Part shown: positions 49,392 through 61,500 of the stretch, piece by piece | Numbering within the stretch: position 1 is the first letter of the stretch | Layout of the letters: the number at the start of each line of letters is the position of its first letter | Assembly: GCA_905178155.1 (NCBI GenBank) | Contig: CAJINV010000001.1 | Span: 12,763,686-12,827,685 of the forward strand | Origin: Amoebophrya sp. A120 | Lineage: Eukaryota > Protista > Dinoflagellata | Length of the DNA stretch: 64,000 nt | Reading direction: 5' to 3' | Translations under genes and position numbers: made by a program | The notes under the pieces: model-generated | Databases searched by the model: none | The model's input: the letters and a program-made list of their open reading frames with translations, nothing else | Told to the model about the DNA's origin: nothing

Positions 49392-49581
49392 TGTGCTATA
49401 GGCAGAGCCCGCTTCAGCGCGAATACACGGCTCGTTTCGTCTCGTAAGCCGCCCCCGACTGGAGCAATGTAATAGTCTCCGTATTTAAGTTCTGTGGTCA
49501 TCCTATTTTCGTCGAAATGAACGAAACTACGCAAAATAGTTGCCCACTTCGTCTCAGGTTCGTGTGTCAGGGATGGACGCA
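49392..49581 (-). CDS. Short internal exon of the Cys-motif gene
   Basis: RPSLTHEPETKW...KRALPIA, linked in frame across the 48167-49391 element; 5' boundary tentative. Confidence 0.5.
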
Positions 49582-50714
49582 TTCGATATGAAGAGCGTGC
49601 CACAACTTATCCTGTGCGAATTGAGAATTTGACACTATGCTTATGCTGCTTGTCAATATCATCATGATACTCATCAACAATCTTAGCGACCTCCATGTCC
49701 TCGTTGAAGCCCCGAGACGTTCCTGGATTGTTTTTATCCCATCACGCCCAAGCTCTAGAACTAGAATGAAAAGCGAGGGCGCCAAAGGAGAGGCATGCAT
49801 GACTACGTGACTGATTCCATGCCTTCGTCTTTAAAACGAAGGCACTCCTAACGATCAGGACATCGCCAAGCGCCAGCCCGCGGTGCTGATAACAATCCAC
49901 TTTAATTATACAAATAGAACTCCACTTTATACAAATAGAACGAGGCAACCAGATCAAACTGCGTGCTTGCGTCTCTTCTGACCGCCACGCGGATGATAAT
50001 ACCACCACACGTCGTGTGGCAAATCAAGACAAGATGCCGCCCGCTAACTCGAACGCCCTCCTCCTCCGGTCGAGCAAGGCTCTTTTTTTGTGGCGCCACC
50101 GCCAGGGTTTTTTTTTCTGACTGCCACGCGAGCCTCGCAAGGAAGAAGCGACCGAGCCCCGAGCCTGTCGTTGCCGTTGATGCGATTCAGTTTCAGATAT
50201 GGCCGCCGGTAGAGCGATCTACTCGCTCACACGCGGACATGCAGTTTGATTTTGTTACCTCACTCGCAGAACCTCCAAAGGGCACTTTGACATGTCGCAT
50301 GGCCAAGCAATGGCTTCGAAGTGCATCGCGCATGAGATTCATGTTTTTCGTCTTTGCCCTCCATTGTTCTGTTCGCATTTGCATTTCTAATTTCTTTATT
50401 TGCAAGCTCTCTGCGTTTGCACAAGTGCTTGGATAATTTCTGGCGTCCTTGGGCTGTTTTTGATCTGATTTTTAACATGAAAAATCTATAAAATAGATAC
50501 TAATATAATATTTTGCGTTTGCCACCCTGAACGCCCCGTATTTGCAGGAGTCGCGCGACAGCTTGGCCATATTTTTTCCCGACGTAGTGCCAAAGCTCTT
50601 CACACATGAAGCAGCCTTTACATTTCTGAAGCATAAGCCTGTGTATACATAGATTGACTTTAGCACCAATCTGCCAAATGTGAATATCAACAGGACAACT
50701 CAGGGCACGTCTTC

Positions 50715-51797
50715 TCATTGAGATAGGAAGTCTTTCTCGTCTTGGCGGTGTTGCGGGAACGCCGTTGCCGCACGTCGTGCCACTCCGCTGACTATGTCGA
50801 AAAAGAGCACTCCAGAGATCATTTTGACAGTTTGTAGCCCAGGACCGCTTAGTTCAGGAACGCTTTTTGCCATATGATCGGATATCGCAAAAAAGTTCGC
50901 CGGCCGAAAGCAAGAAGGTGCGACACGCTCTTTCCCAGAAGTAGATGAAGCAGCGGTTGACAGCTGTGAGCTTGATTCGCTTTGCGTCTCTGCTTCTTCT
51001 GTGTTTGTCAGTCTGGGATCGCTGCAGAAGGAATCGAACAGACATTTTTTCACTTCCGGATGCTCACGAAATGCTGAATTTTCTCCACCAATGAATTCAC
51101 ATTGTTCCTTGTTCTCGTTCGCGAGGTAATCGAAGACAGGATTAGCTTCGGCTTCGTTTTCTCCTCCGTTAACAAGAGACGAGAACACCAGCCTCACAAA
51201 GTGCAAAGCATGGCGGCTATAGCTCCACGAACTCTTTATCCACTGCGGAGTCATCTTCATGGACCGCTGCCCTACTCCTCTGGATTCCTGGCCCGGCCAA
51301 ACAAGAGGCAAAATTTCGTCGGGTGAAACCAATGCGCAATAATCCACACTGTCGTGTAGTTCATCATCGCCGTCTGCCTTCCTCGGCTTCGACCCGTCCT
51401 CGTGAAAGATGATCAGTTGCATCACAAAGACATTCTGCACGGTTTTGGAAGACTCCCCCGAATACGGCGTTGTTCTTCCCGGCATAAAGCGTCCGTTCTT
51501 TTCTTCGTAAATTCTATCGAAGTCTTTCCAGAGAACGTACTCCGAGATGATGCCCTCTGTGGGTTGTAGTTGATTATGATAGTCGTCCGGCCGTGCATCT
51601 TTATCTTCTCGACGCGATGCATCCCGGTGCTTCAGTCTCTGCAAGGCTCTCTTCACCGAAATATTTTTTGCTCTTTGAAAATAATCCAAACAAAGTTCTT
51701 GAGTCTTATTTTTGTCCTTCTTGAGTCTTTTTGTCCGCATCGGGTCGTGCCGCTCAAGCAACTGAAGACATAATTTTTGGTAGCCCTCCTCCGTCAT
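50715..51797 (-). CDS. Cys-motif repeat protein segment (1 domain copy)
   Basis: EQCEFI..FREHPEVKKCLFDSFC..SCFRPANFF..ISGVLFFDI. The frame stays open to ~51880. Confidence 0.7.
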   Translation of the reverse strand: MTEEGYQKLCLQLLERHDPMRTKRLKKDKNKTQELCLDYFQRAKNISVKRALQRLKHRDASRREDKDARPDDYHNQLQPTEGIISEYVLWKDFDRIYEEKNGRFMPGRTTPYSGESSKTVQNVFVMQLIIFHEDGSKPRKADGDDELHDSVDYCALVSPDEILPLVWPGQESRGVGQRSMKMTPQWIKSSWSYSRHALHFVRLVFSSLVNGGENEAEANPVFDYLANENKEQCEFIGGENSAFREHPEVKKCLFDSFCSDPRLTNTEEAETQSESSSQLSTAASSTSGKERVAPSCFRPANFFAISDHMAKSVPELSGPGLQTVKMISGVLFFDIVSGVARRAATAFPQHRQDEKDFLSQ

Positions 51798-52206
51798 TCC
51801 TTCAACCAGGCCATATCGGTCGGGGTATGCTTCAAAGTCGTTGAAGAGATTTGTAGAACGGTAAAAAAAGAGTGATCTTCATCATGATCATCTTGCGTCG
51901 AACGATTTAATAAACTGAATTGCGGCACGTCGAGGTAACACCGCCGGTTTCACATCCTCCTCAAGCATATCGCAGATTTTACCTTGCAGCAAGTTGCAAA
52001 ATTAGTAGCAAGCATTATGCTTCAGCTTCTTTTCTTCAGATGACCACGCCGGTTGTCTTTATTGCTATTCACAAACACTGACGTAGATCGATCTGAATTT
52101 GGTTTGATCTACGCACCGGGCTATAGTGTTTGACTGTCTCGGCATGCACAATGGCAAAAACACGAAGCATCTCGATATCCAAAGACAGTGAAAAATGAGA
52201 TATCAC

Positions 52207-53295
52207 TCATTTCCGTTCCATAGGTTGTGATAGGCTCAGCGGACGTGACGCCTCCGAGTCCCATTGCAGCGTCTCTCCAGGTTCGGCAGGCAGAGGCAAT
52301 CCCTGAATAACAGCACTTCTTTCATTAGCATCCTCCGGGTGTTTTCCAGAAGCAGTGTCTTTGGAAGCCTGCTTCTTGTTGGCGTTGAAGGAATCAATAG
52401 CACTAGCACCAAAACGAGCACCTAACGAGGGGATCGCACGGTTGACGAGCACTGTCCAATGCAGATTCTTGACGAAGATGTCATTTTCGCCGGTCGTCGC
52501 TTTCGTGATCGCATTTACGATGTTGTCTTCTAGTGTTAGCTCCTCTGCAAAAATTGTTGCGGCTTCGAATTGTTTTCGTGGGTCTTTGTCTGCGCTCCAT
52601 CCTGCACTCGGGGCTTTGGCCTGCGCAGATACTGCTTTTGTTAGTGCCTCACGACCAGCCGACATCACACTGTTGGCGAGAGATTTCGCTACCAGTGTCC
52701 TTTCCGATAAAATTTGACTTACTTTGTCAAACATTTCAGAAGTCTTCTGCTCGATCTTTGTTCGGAAATGGGAGGACAACGCGACTTGAATAGCGAGTTC
52801 GATAGCGGCATAGCGTTCGAATGGCTTAGACTTCAATTTCTCGGACAGACTATTCAGAAATTTTGCAGCCTCCTTCTCGGAGAGCTTCCGTATCTTGGGA
52901 ATTATATTGGCGTAGAAGAAATCGTGGTCGGTCTCCTGGGTCACGCGTTGACTTTCCTCCAGCACAGAACCTGTGCCATCGTCTAGCTGCTGTTGATAGA
53001 GATGGAAAGACTCTTTCACAGCCAATGTCAGGGATGACGCGAAGGGCAAGGCCAGGTTACTCCGGACAAAACGGATCCAATAGTCCGTGAGCTGCAAGAG
53101 TGAGATGCTTGGCCCTGTGTTTTGTCCGCGGGGCGCTGAGGCGGACACGGCACGCACAGGCTCCAGCAGGGAAGATGGTGTTGAAGAAGGTCTCCATGGT
53201 ACGAGCGCTTTGCTGGGGTCGCTTGCACCCACCTGTCGGCTCTTCTTCATCATGAAAAGCGCTTTCACACGATACTCAGATAGTCCCAAAGACAT
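52207..53295 (-). CDS. Hypothetical protein
   Basis: 362-aa ATG-started ORF with plausible helical composition, co-oriented with all other genes; no motif recognised. Confidence 0.45.
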   Translation of the reverse strand: MSLGLSEYRVKALFMMKKSRQVGASDPSKALVPWRPSSTPSSLLEPVRAVSASAPRGQNTGPSISLLQLTDYWIRFVRSNLALPFASSLTLAVKESFHLYQQQLDDGTGSVLEESQRVTQETDHDFFYANIIPKIRKLSEKEAAKFLNSLSEKLKSKPFERYAAIELAIQVALSSHFRTKIEQKTSEMFDKVSQILSERTLVAKSLANSVMSAGREALTKAVSAQAKAPSAGWSADKDPRKQFEAATIFAEELTLEDNIVNAITKATTGENDIFVKNLHWTVLVNRAIPSLGARFGASAIDSFNANKKQASKDTASGKHPEDANERSAVIQGLPLPAEPGETLQWDSEASRPLSLSQPMERK

Positions 53296-56200
53296 GACGC
53301 ATTGCTGGAACGCAAAACGGCAAACGCAACACGCTTCGTGATGATGTCGATTCAGACTTTATTCGCAGAGTAAAGGACAAAGTTGTGCTCGGGATGAACG
53401 CTCGCTGTTGCTAATTGATGCAGGTCTTTTGTGTTTATTTGATCATGGACATACATCAAGATGATTTGGATTTAGGTAGAGAAACGAGCAAGGCTGTTGT
53501 TGTCAAGATGATGGTGCCTTCGACTCAATGCAGGCAACTTCAAGTTGTAATCCAAGCATCAACATATTAGCCGCAAACGAGCACTAAGTCACGATCTTCG
53601 ACATCACAGCGGGAATTTCGGACGTACATCTGTACTGAGAAGTACTTCTTCAAGCTGACGCTGCTGCTCTCTGTAATACCACATGTCTACCAGCAATGCC
53701 AAGGTTGGACTCGATTTTGATTTTTGGGCTGCTCAACCAGCAACCTAAACCTACGGATCAATCATGCATACATCGCGCGGTGCAATCGACTTCGACGTAT
53801 GGTGTGACAACGTTTTGTATTTGCATACTGCGCAAACGCTGCAACACGTCGTCCGAGTTGCTGCTTGGTATGTCGTCCTGGCTTTGCGCGCTCAGCTTTT
53901 CACCTTGTGTGTCCTTCGTTTCCGCGCTGGCGTCACGCGCCGCAGGCTTTGGATCCACGCCTGCTTCTTCCTTATCCTTATTTTTTTTCCGTCTTGCTTT
54001 CGTGCTCGTCCTCTGCTTCCTTGACTTGCGGTTTTTCGTCTGCTGCTTTTTTACTTTCCGTGCTTGTTTCTTCTTTCGCTTAACCTTTTGCCGATGTTGC
54101 ATGAAGACGACTTGGGAGGGTAAATCGTTCGGTCCACTGCATATGCAAGAGAAAGAATCAAGACAGAGGTCATCTATAATGTCCCTTTCTATGCCCTCAA
54201 TATGGCAGTATTAGTTTCTTGCGGATCTGCACTCCTTATCACTGTTGCTGTTCTGTCGTTTGTTTCATAAAAATAAATTAAAATTTGCGGAACAGGAGTC
54301 AGGGTGTTTATATATTTTCTTAGTGTATCGCTTTGTGTTTGTAAAATCCCGCAGGAGAGCGAGAGCCACAGTTTCGTCTAGCACTACTCAGGCAATTGCG
54401 GAGTGCTAGCAACTAGAACATGCGTTGTAGTTCCGCTGATGATACTACTTACATGCAAAACGAGGACCGTCAAACGCTGGAGAGAGATGAAACGCGAGAG
54501 AGTAGTACACAGCTATTAGCGCATCTACTATGCAAACGTGGTAACTAGATGTGGATGTCACAATTGCCGCGGGTCCGGCGTGGATATTGTTTATGTACTA
54601 GAAGTGCCCAGGAAAAGAGTGTCGAAAGGGAGCCTATAGAAAACTTGAGCTTTTTTCTTTTTGTTTTCCGCTGCATAACAATTCCCCCGTCCTCAAAATC
54701 TTCATCGTAGTCGAAGTCTGAGGGTATGAAAGTGCAAAAGAGGCAGGCTCTAAATTGTGTTCCTCTTTGTTTTTACACGCAAAGTTATGTTTTTCTTGCA
54801 AAACGCCGCGAAAATATGGTCTGCCGTTTTAAGTGTACAAGTTGAATACTTTCTTACATATGATTTGAGCATCTGCGCATACCGCACCCGACGTTTACGA
54901 AAAGTCCAGACAGAAGTACGCTCCAGATCTTGAAGTTGAAATAACGCTTCAAAAATCGCTTGTTATCAAGAATTATACAAGCACAAAGATTCCAAACGAC
55001 GTAGCTTGGAGCGTCCTAATCGTGAGTGCTTACATTGCCCAAGGATAACATACATAAGACTTTTTTGGGGAAAAGAAAGACGAAGAGGTAAGAGCAACGT
55101 TTTTGCGCTTTCGTAACAAAATCTTGCTTCACTCCGTGGTAGGCACTGGCCACGGGTGGCCCGCATTCCCACAGGACCTCCGGCGACAACACCGACCAGT
55201 AGATCATGTGCATGACTTTCCGTCGCATCTTGGGTGCAAGAAGCGCCTCCAGACTCGACATCTTCAGGTCCAGACACGTGACGGTTGGTTCCGGTAGTGA
55301 TGACCCACCTGAGGAGGAGAAACTTTTGATGCCTCGGCTCTGCCACAACCTGTCGAGATAGGTTGGAGTCGAAGTCGTGCGTAACGTGCACTTGTATTTT
55401 CTTTTTTTAAACACCCATACCTACAGCTGCTCCTAACAAACAGATGACTCGTCGTTGTCGGTACACGTAAGTACACGTACATATTAAGTTACTTAATTTT
55501 TTCTAAAAAGGGTCCTCATGCTGGACATCTACTTTTGCAGACACGCAAAAGATGTGCGTTTGTTCTTATTTGGTGCGTTCAAGGATGAATTAATCCAGGA
55601 GAGGCAGCTAGTCGAATGCAGAGGATGTTGTAGAAGTCGACGGTAGGGTGATCGTGATGAAAAGGCTTTTAGATCATATAACTAAAGCTTGTTCTTTGCA
55701 AGAATATAAAGGTTTTCAGGAGATAGTCCAATATACCTGCCTTTCGCAAGAAATCCAGAAAAACCGGCGGCGCAATTAAATTTGAAAAAGGCCCTTCTCT
55801 TTATTTTACTGGTTGATAAAGCTGCCCGTGCTTGCTTCCTTCAAACTTAGTTCACTCTCTTCACCTGTCCTTGGATCTCAACACGGCCGTCGTGACAAGA
55901 ATATCGCTCCGGAACGAGCTTGCGCGGCGCAGCCGAGCTTGATACCCAGAAATGTCGGTCGAGGGCGGGGGAGTGCTCGGTTTTACTGGAAGTCGTTCCG
56001 CACCAGAAATCGGTTTTCAATGAGATTGAAAACGAAGCCTTTTTGTGTTGATTTAGCCAACTCACATGCGGGTCATAAAAGAGAAGGAAAGTAGAGCACC
56101 GTCGCATTTCTTTTTCTATGGTAGGTAGCGGTGAACGATAACCATAACTCACCCAAAAAAAAAACTTGACAAAAGATACCTCCGCGCTCGGGTTCCTCGC

Positions 56201-58592
56201 CTCTTCGAAACACAGCACTCGGGAAAAGTGCCGCCGCGTCCACGGGTGCAAAGGAAACCTTCTTGAAGGGCACCAACGCTTGCGTTTAGCCCCGTTTAAA
56301 TTGATTTCCGTACGCTCTTGTCGACGGGGAAACTTTTCCGGGACGACGCAACCCTGGAGATGCGGTCGAAACTCGGTCCTGGATCAGGGGAAATCCGAAC
56401 ACGAGATGTCCGCTGCTGCTGGGGTGTTTGGCAAACAAAGTGAGGTGAGACTGAGAGCAATTTTTTTTTTTGGTAAGTAAGAAAATTGTGGGTTTAGATT
56501 GGAAAGTCGTCGAGAATCTTGGAAAGAAATTGATGTGGTGGTAAACAAGTGCGCAGCACGATCTGCCCAGGTGGGAGGGCTTCACGTAAGCAATTGCTAC
56601 CGATACAAACTATGCTTAAAGGGGGTGGCCTTGTAGCACCGTTGCATCAACTGCGTTTTTTTCTTGTGAGTGTTCCCTTTAGGTTTCGCAAAGTAGATGC
56701 CAACGAAAAAAGAGCTCGAGCTATGTCTACTTTCTTTAGTACGTCGAAATGCAGTTAGTATTGTCATGAGCTTCGTACTGCACCTGCAGCAAGAAACGAA
56801 AGTAGGGTGCGCAGTTCCTAGTCAACATACTGTATTGCACGAGGGAGGACGACGAGACAGATGCCACAGGCTCAATGGACGAAAGGCAATTTGGACGACC
56901 GAAGACGTGATAGGGTCGTATGTACTACATGTCAATGTGAATGTATCACAGAGAGACACGCCATGAACGAGCGTTTGTGAATGTCTCACACAGAGACACG
57001 CCACAAACTCATACATCAGACTTCCACGTTTCCGATACCATCTGGAGCTCATGAGCGACGATGTAATCTAATTGAACGGCGAGGACCACGACAGAGACAG
57101 ACACACATCTTGTGCACAACAATTCAACCGAAAAGAGCAAGCAATAGCCAGCTAGTAGGCCAAGCAAACAGATTCATATGACACGCACCATTAAACGCTT
57201 TCGACTTACAACTCTCAAACCGAGCTTTTAACACGTTCCAAACGAAATTCAACACATCAAGATGGCGACTTTCACCAAAGACGACGAGGAGGGACCGACA
57301 CAGAAGCGAGAATCTCAATCAGAAGACAACCGAACAAGAATGAACATACGGCCAGACACCGAAACAGTGGCACAGTTCTACGAGCGTAGAAAGAGAAACA
57401 AAACATGGCCACTGTAAGTTGCATTATCTTATGCAGTGGGTAGAACCTAAATGAAAGAATTATGTGATGCTATGGCTTTCTTGTCTAGAATCTGATGCGA
57501 AAGCGTGAAACCAAAACAGTACATCCATCTACCGCCAAATTTTGTTCATCACATGTCGTGTCGTGTGCAAATAACGCTTCACATATAAACGTTCTAACAA
57601 CGAGAAGATGAACTGCCAACTGTCGACTCGCGGTCTTCCTCTCATTATGCAGGTCCCCATGTGAATGTTCAACTTCAAAATCCATATGTGTCAGCCGACT
57701 ATGTTTTCTCGCTTTAGTTTTTTGATACCATCCTCGATTTCTGATTTTTCACAAAATAGGTAATTGTCACAGATGCTGTTGGTGCTTCTTTTCGCAAGAA
57801 CGTATACGTAATGTCTGTAATCTTCGGCAATAAAAATGTTGAACAAACGCAACAAATCGAAAAGACTAATTCAATACTCGTCGAGTAAATCATACATTTA
57901 TTAACTTGTTTCATTGACCCTGAGTCTGAGATCCGTGTTCGGAGGGATGAGAATTTCATAGCATTTTTTAAGAAGTTTCAGGAAGTACTACGACGGTGTG
58001 GCTATTGTCGTAATCTTGTTGATTCAGATTCTACATTTATAAAGCTGAGACGCAATGGCACCACCTCCACACATGGTAGACAAGCAAAGTGCCTTCGCTA
58101 AAAGTAAAAACACCTGTTCCTGTAGCAAATATAGTAAAATAAAAATATGTCATTGGTTTCACAACTTTTCGTAAATAGAGTTCAACACGCTTTGAGAGGC
58201 GACTTTCAGCATCCCCGCATGGTCCGACGATCCATCAGGCATTATGGAAGACAAACCTCAAACTCTGTTCCATTATCACCATGCATATCGCGCAGTGTCG
58301 GGACGCCAGCCGGAGGGCTGCGCACACTTTTCGTCCGTGTTTGCTTTCATGTCATCTTGCTCTCTTGATGAAATTGAATTCTAAACTCCAGTTTTTCTTG
58401 CTGCATTTACACGGTTCTCGATTACGAAGTTCACCAGGTAGATAGTGAAAGCTCCATCCCTGCATCGCGACGCAAATCCGACGCAACTCATAGGTTGCAT
58501 CTATGAGCAATGAAGACTCGGACGAGCACGACCGTGCCTTTGCACCTTATACAGCGAAAAGAAGTTACATACCATTTGCATTTCTCCTTCTA

Positions 58593-61500
58593 CTACATTA
58601 ACATTGCTATCGGACGGAGTTTGTCATATTCGTCCCCAGGGATAACCGCTGTTCCAGCTTGATGGCTACCAGTCGCAACTACCGCTGAAGTAGCAGTCTT
58701 CTCCGACGTCGCGTGAAAATCGGCATTCGCTACTTTTCCTCCCGGCATTGTCATCGAAAAGCGCCACAATCGCGTGTCGTTTTGGGCGGTTTCAGCTCGG
58801 AGGTCTTCGACCGAATAGAAGCTGTCTATCGCGTTCTCAACTGTTACACTCTCAACTGTTGACGCAAGAATGGCAAAAGTGAAAGCGGGGACCTTATTGT
58901 GGCGCGTCTTGCATGGCAGATTTGGCACAGATTATCAGCCTGTTTGGCCCTTCGAGGATTTGTCATGCTTAACAGGCTGCGCGGCTGAAGCCCGGGGGGG
59001 GTGCGGGGTCCGCAGGCTTTGTCATGCAAAACAACTTGATCGCGTCGATTTTTGACGATAATTTCGCATGACAAATCACGTAACCATTGAAGATGTAACG
59101 TTTGAGATGAATCCCATACTGTCCGACTCCAGGAGCTCTTCGAAGAGGAATTCCCCAGCAACCTTCATCGACACAAGTTGGTGCCCGTCGAACAGCATGG
59201 CCTGTCCGCATGTATGAAACTGAAATAACAGTCTTCTACTTCTTTTGAAAAACCAGAGCAGACGCGAATGAACTTGTTTGCTAAATGTCAAGGGAACAAG
59301 CACAAAAAAAGCTTGCTCTGGACGGCATCAACGGGGAGAAAAAGAAATCAATCTGACTGGGTTTTTCATTCGACAGTCGTGTAGTAGTGAAGAACTATTT
59401 TCAAATTGATAGCTTTCGACGTAGCAAAGCTCCGATTTTCGCACGGCAATTTCCGTCCCGCAGACGGCGTGGACTTCCTCCTTCACCGTACTGAAAAGCC
59501 CGCGCGCCTCTTCGTCTGACATCGGTGGCGTCGTTACGAGCTTTTTCACGCGGCTCAGGAAACGCTCTTCGCCCTGATTTTTTAGTTTTTTCTCGGTGTT
59601 TTTCAGTTATTTCCTGGAGGACAAATTAACAACACGAAACTAGCAGCAGACGATGCTGGTGGGTGGAGGCCGTGCCCGATTCGGTTCACTAAAGCGTATT
59701 TTCGGACAAAGGATCAAGAACGGAACCACAGAAGCACACTCAGAAACGGGGATCATCAACAACCGAAAAGTCAAGGTCAAGCTAAAGGTTTTACATTCAT
59801 ATTCCAGGCTGTAACGGACTCGGACACGTCGACGTGCGGATTGTCGTAGGTGCGGTAGTACTCTGAGGAGTGGTTTTATCCCACGAAAAAACTGTTTCAC
59901 TGTGATGATTTTGCAAGATTTGCATTTGCATTACACATGACAAAGACAACTTGGCATGCGTGTGTGGCAAGATAAACACATTTGCGCTCCGTTCTATACA
60001 TCACAAGTTTACAGTGAAACAGTTTTTTCTTGCGATAGGTTTGCCAGCAGCGCCGCGTTGCCCGCTACCAGCTCCTGGAAGTCCCCTCGCTCCAGCGCCC
60101 ACAAGACAGCGGTTTCGCTCGTCAAATAGCAAGTTGCCTGCCGCGGGGTACCATAGATGAGAGAGAGCTCCCCAAAGAAGTCGCCTTCCTGCAACCGTGC
60201 GACGACGTGGCCCTTTCAGTATCAAATTCAAAAATAGTGCTCGCCCCACTCCAAAGGTGGTATGGTTCGTTGTGCCCAATGGTGCCAAGAATCTGTTTGT
60301 GCTTGATGTTTTGCGTGAAAAATATTTGTATTGCATTTTCCTACTAGTCCGAAGCAGTAGAAGGCTTGTTGTTCCGATCAAGATTGAACCCCGATTGACA
60401 ACCACAAGCACGCCTGAGTAAAACCATTGGAGTGGCGGAGCACCTTTTTTGAATGGGATATGCGTTCGACTTTCACCTCCCCGGACTCGATCAGATACAT
60501 GCAGTCGGTGTCTTTCAGAAGCGATTCTGGTATGGGAGCAAAAAATGTTTCTCAAATTCCGTCTTAACAACTTGCCGTGCGGGTGCGTATTTTCCTGATG
60601 CAATGCTTATTTTCCGGTATGCCGAGTGCGGGGGCACAGCACGACAATTTTTCATGCTTTTACTTTCCCGAAACGTAGAATTTGCTTGGGATGCAAGATC
60701 TCAACGTCACGAAAAAAAACGACTACTGAAGTATACTTACCAGTACTTTGACTTCTCAACTTACACATCTGACCATTGTACTGAAAGAAAGACGTGTCTC
60801 TGCATGCTTGTGAAATGCTTCTTTTACATCAAGTACTTACTGCGAAGACGAGACAACACTTTTCGGTTCCGTATCTTGTTCCTTGCCTCGGTCTGCATTC
60901 AATCCACCCGCTGATCCAGGAGCCACGCCATCGTTCACGAGCAGCTCCGCACCTTCACCTTCTTCCAGCAGACGCATGTTCATGCCCGGCTGCGTGGCCT
61001 TCTTGACGCGCTGGAACCGCGTGGCCAGCTCCGCTCGGTCCGCGTCACTCAGATGTCGAAACACCCAGGTACGCTGCAGCATCATTTTCAGCCGCAGTTT
61101 GGACGCGCGTTCGGAGACGGTCTTGCCCACTCCCATGGCCGCAGAACTACTTCCGGTAATGCCGTCGGCATCGTCCTCGTCGGAGATCATTTTCTTGGCA
61201 CCACCTTTTGCACTGAGGTCATCAACAACATCTGGGTCGTTGCTCTGGAGCAGCGTTGGCGCTTCGTGCGCTGCCCGTGGCCCCCCGGCGACTTGTTCCT
61301 CGGTGCTGGCGCCGGCCCCGCGCGCCAAGTCCGTGATGTTGTTATCTACAACGTTATTCATGCTAGTTGTGCCGTTTGCGGTGCTGCTGCTGGATCCCGC
61401 GGCCGCTTTGTGGTAGGGATTGCGGAAAAACTCGGGTTTCGAGTTTACGTCGGGGTTATTGCCGAGGAACTTGTCGAACGCATCGTAAACGTATGAAAGT

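Noticed and set aside
53340-58590. Short ORFs (53758-54102, 54966-55414, 55847-56585) as genes or transposase remnants
   Set aside because: I could not assemble a consistent exon chain or recognise any motif.
60526-60840. Canonical-looking GTAAGT donor at 60840 with CCAG acceptor near 60527
   Set aside because: This pair shifts the frame; the TAC...ATA + 5 model restores MYLIESG.
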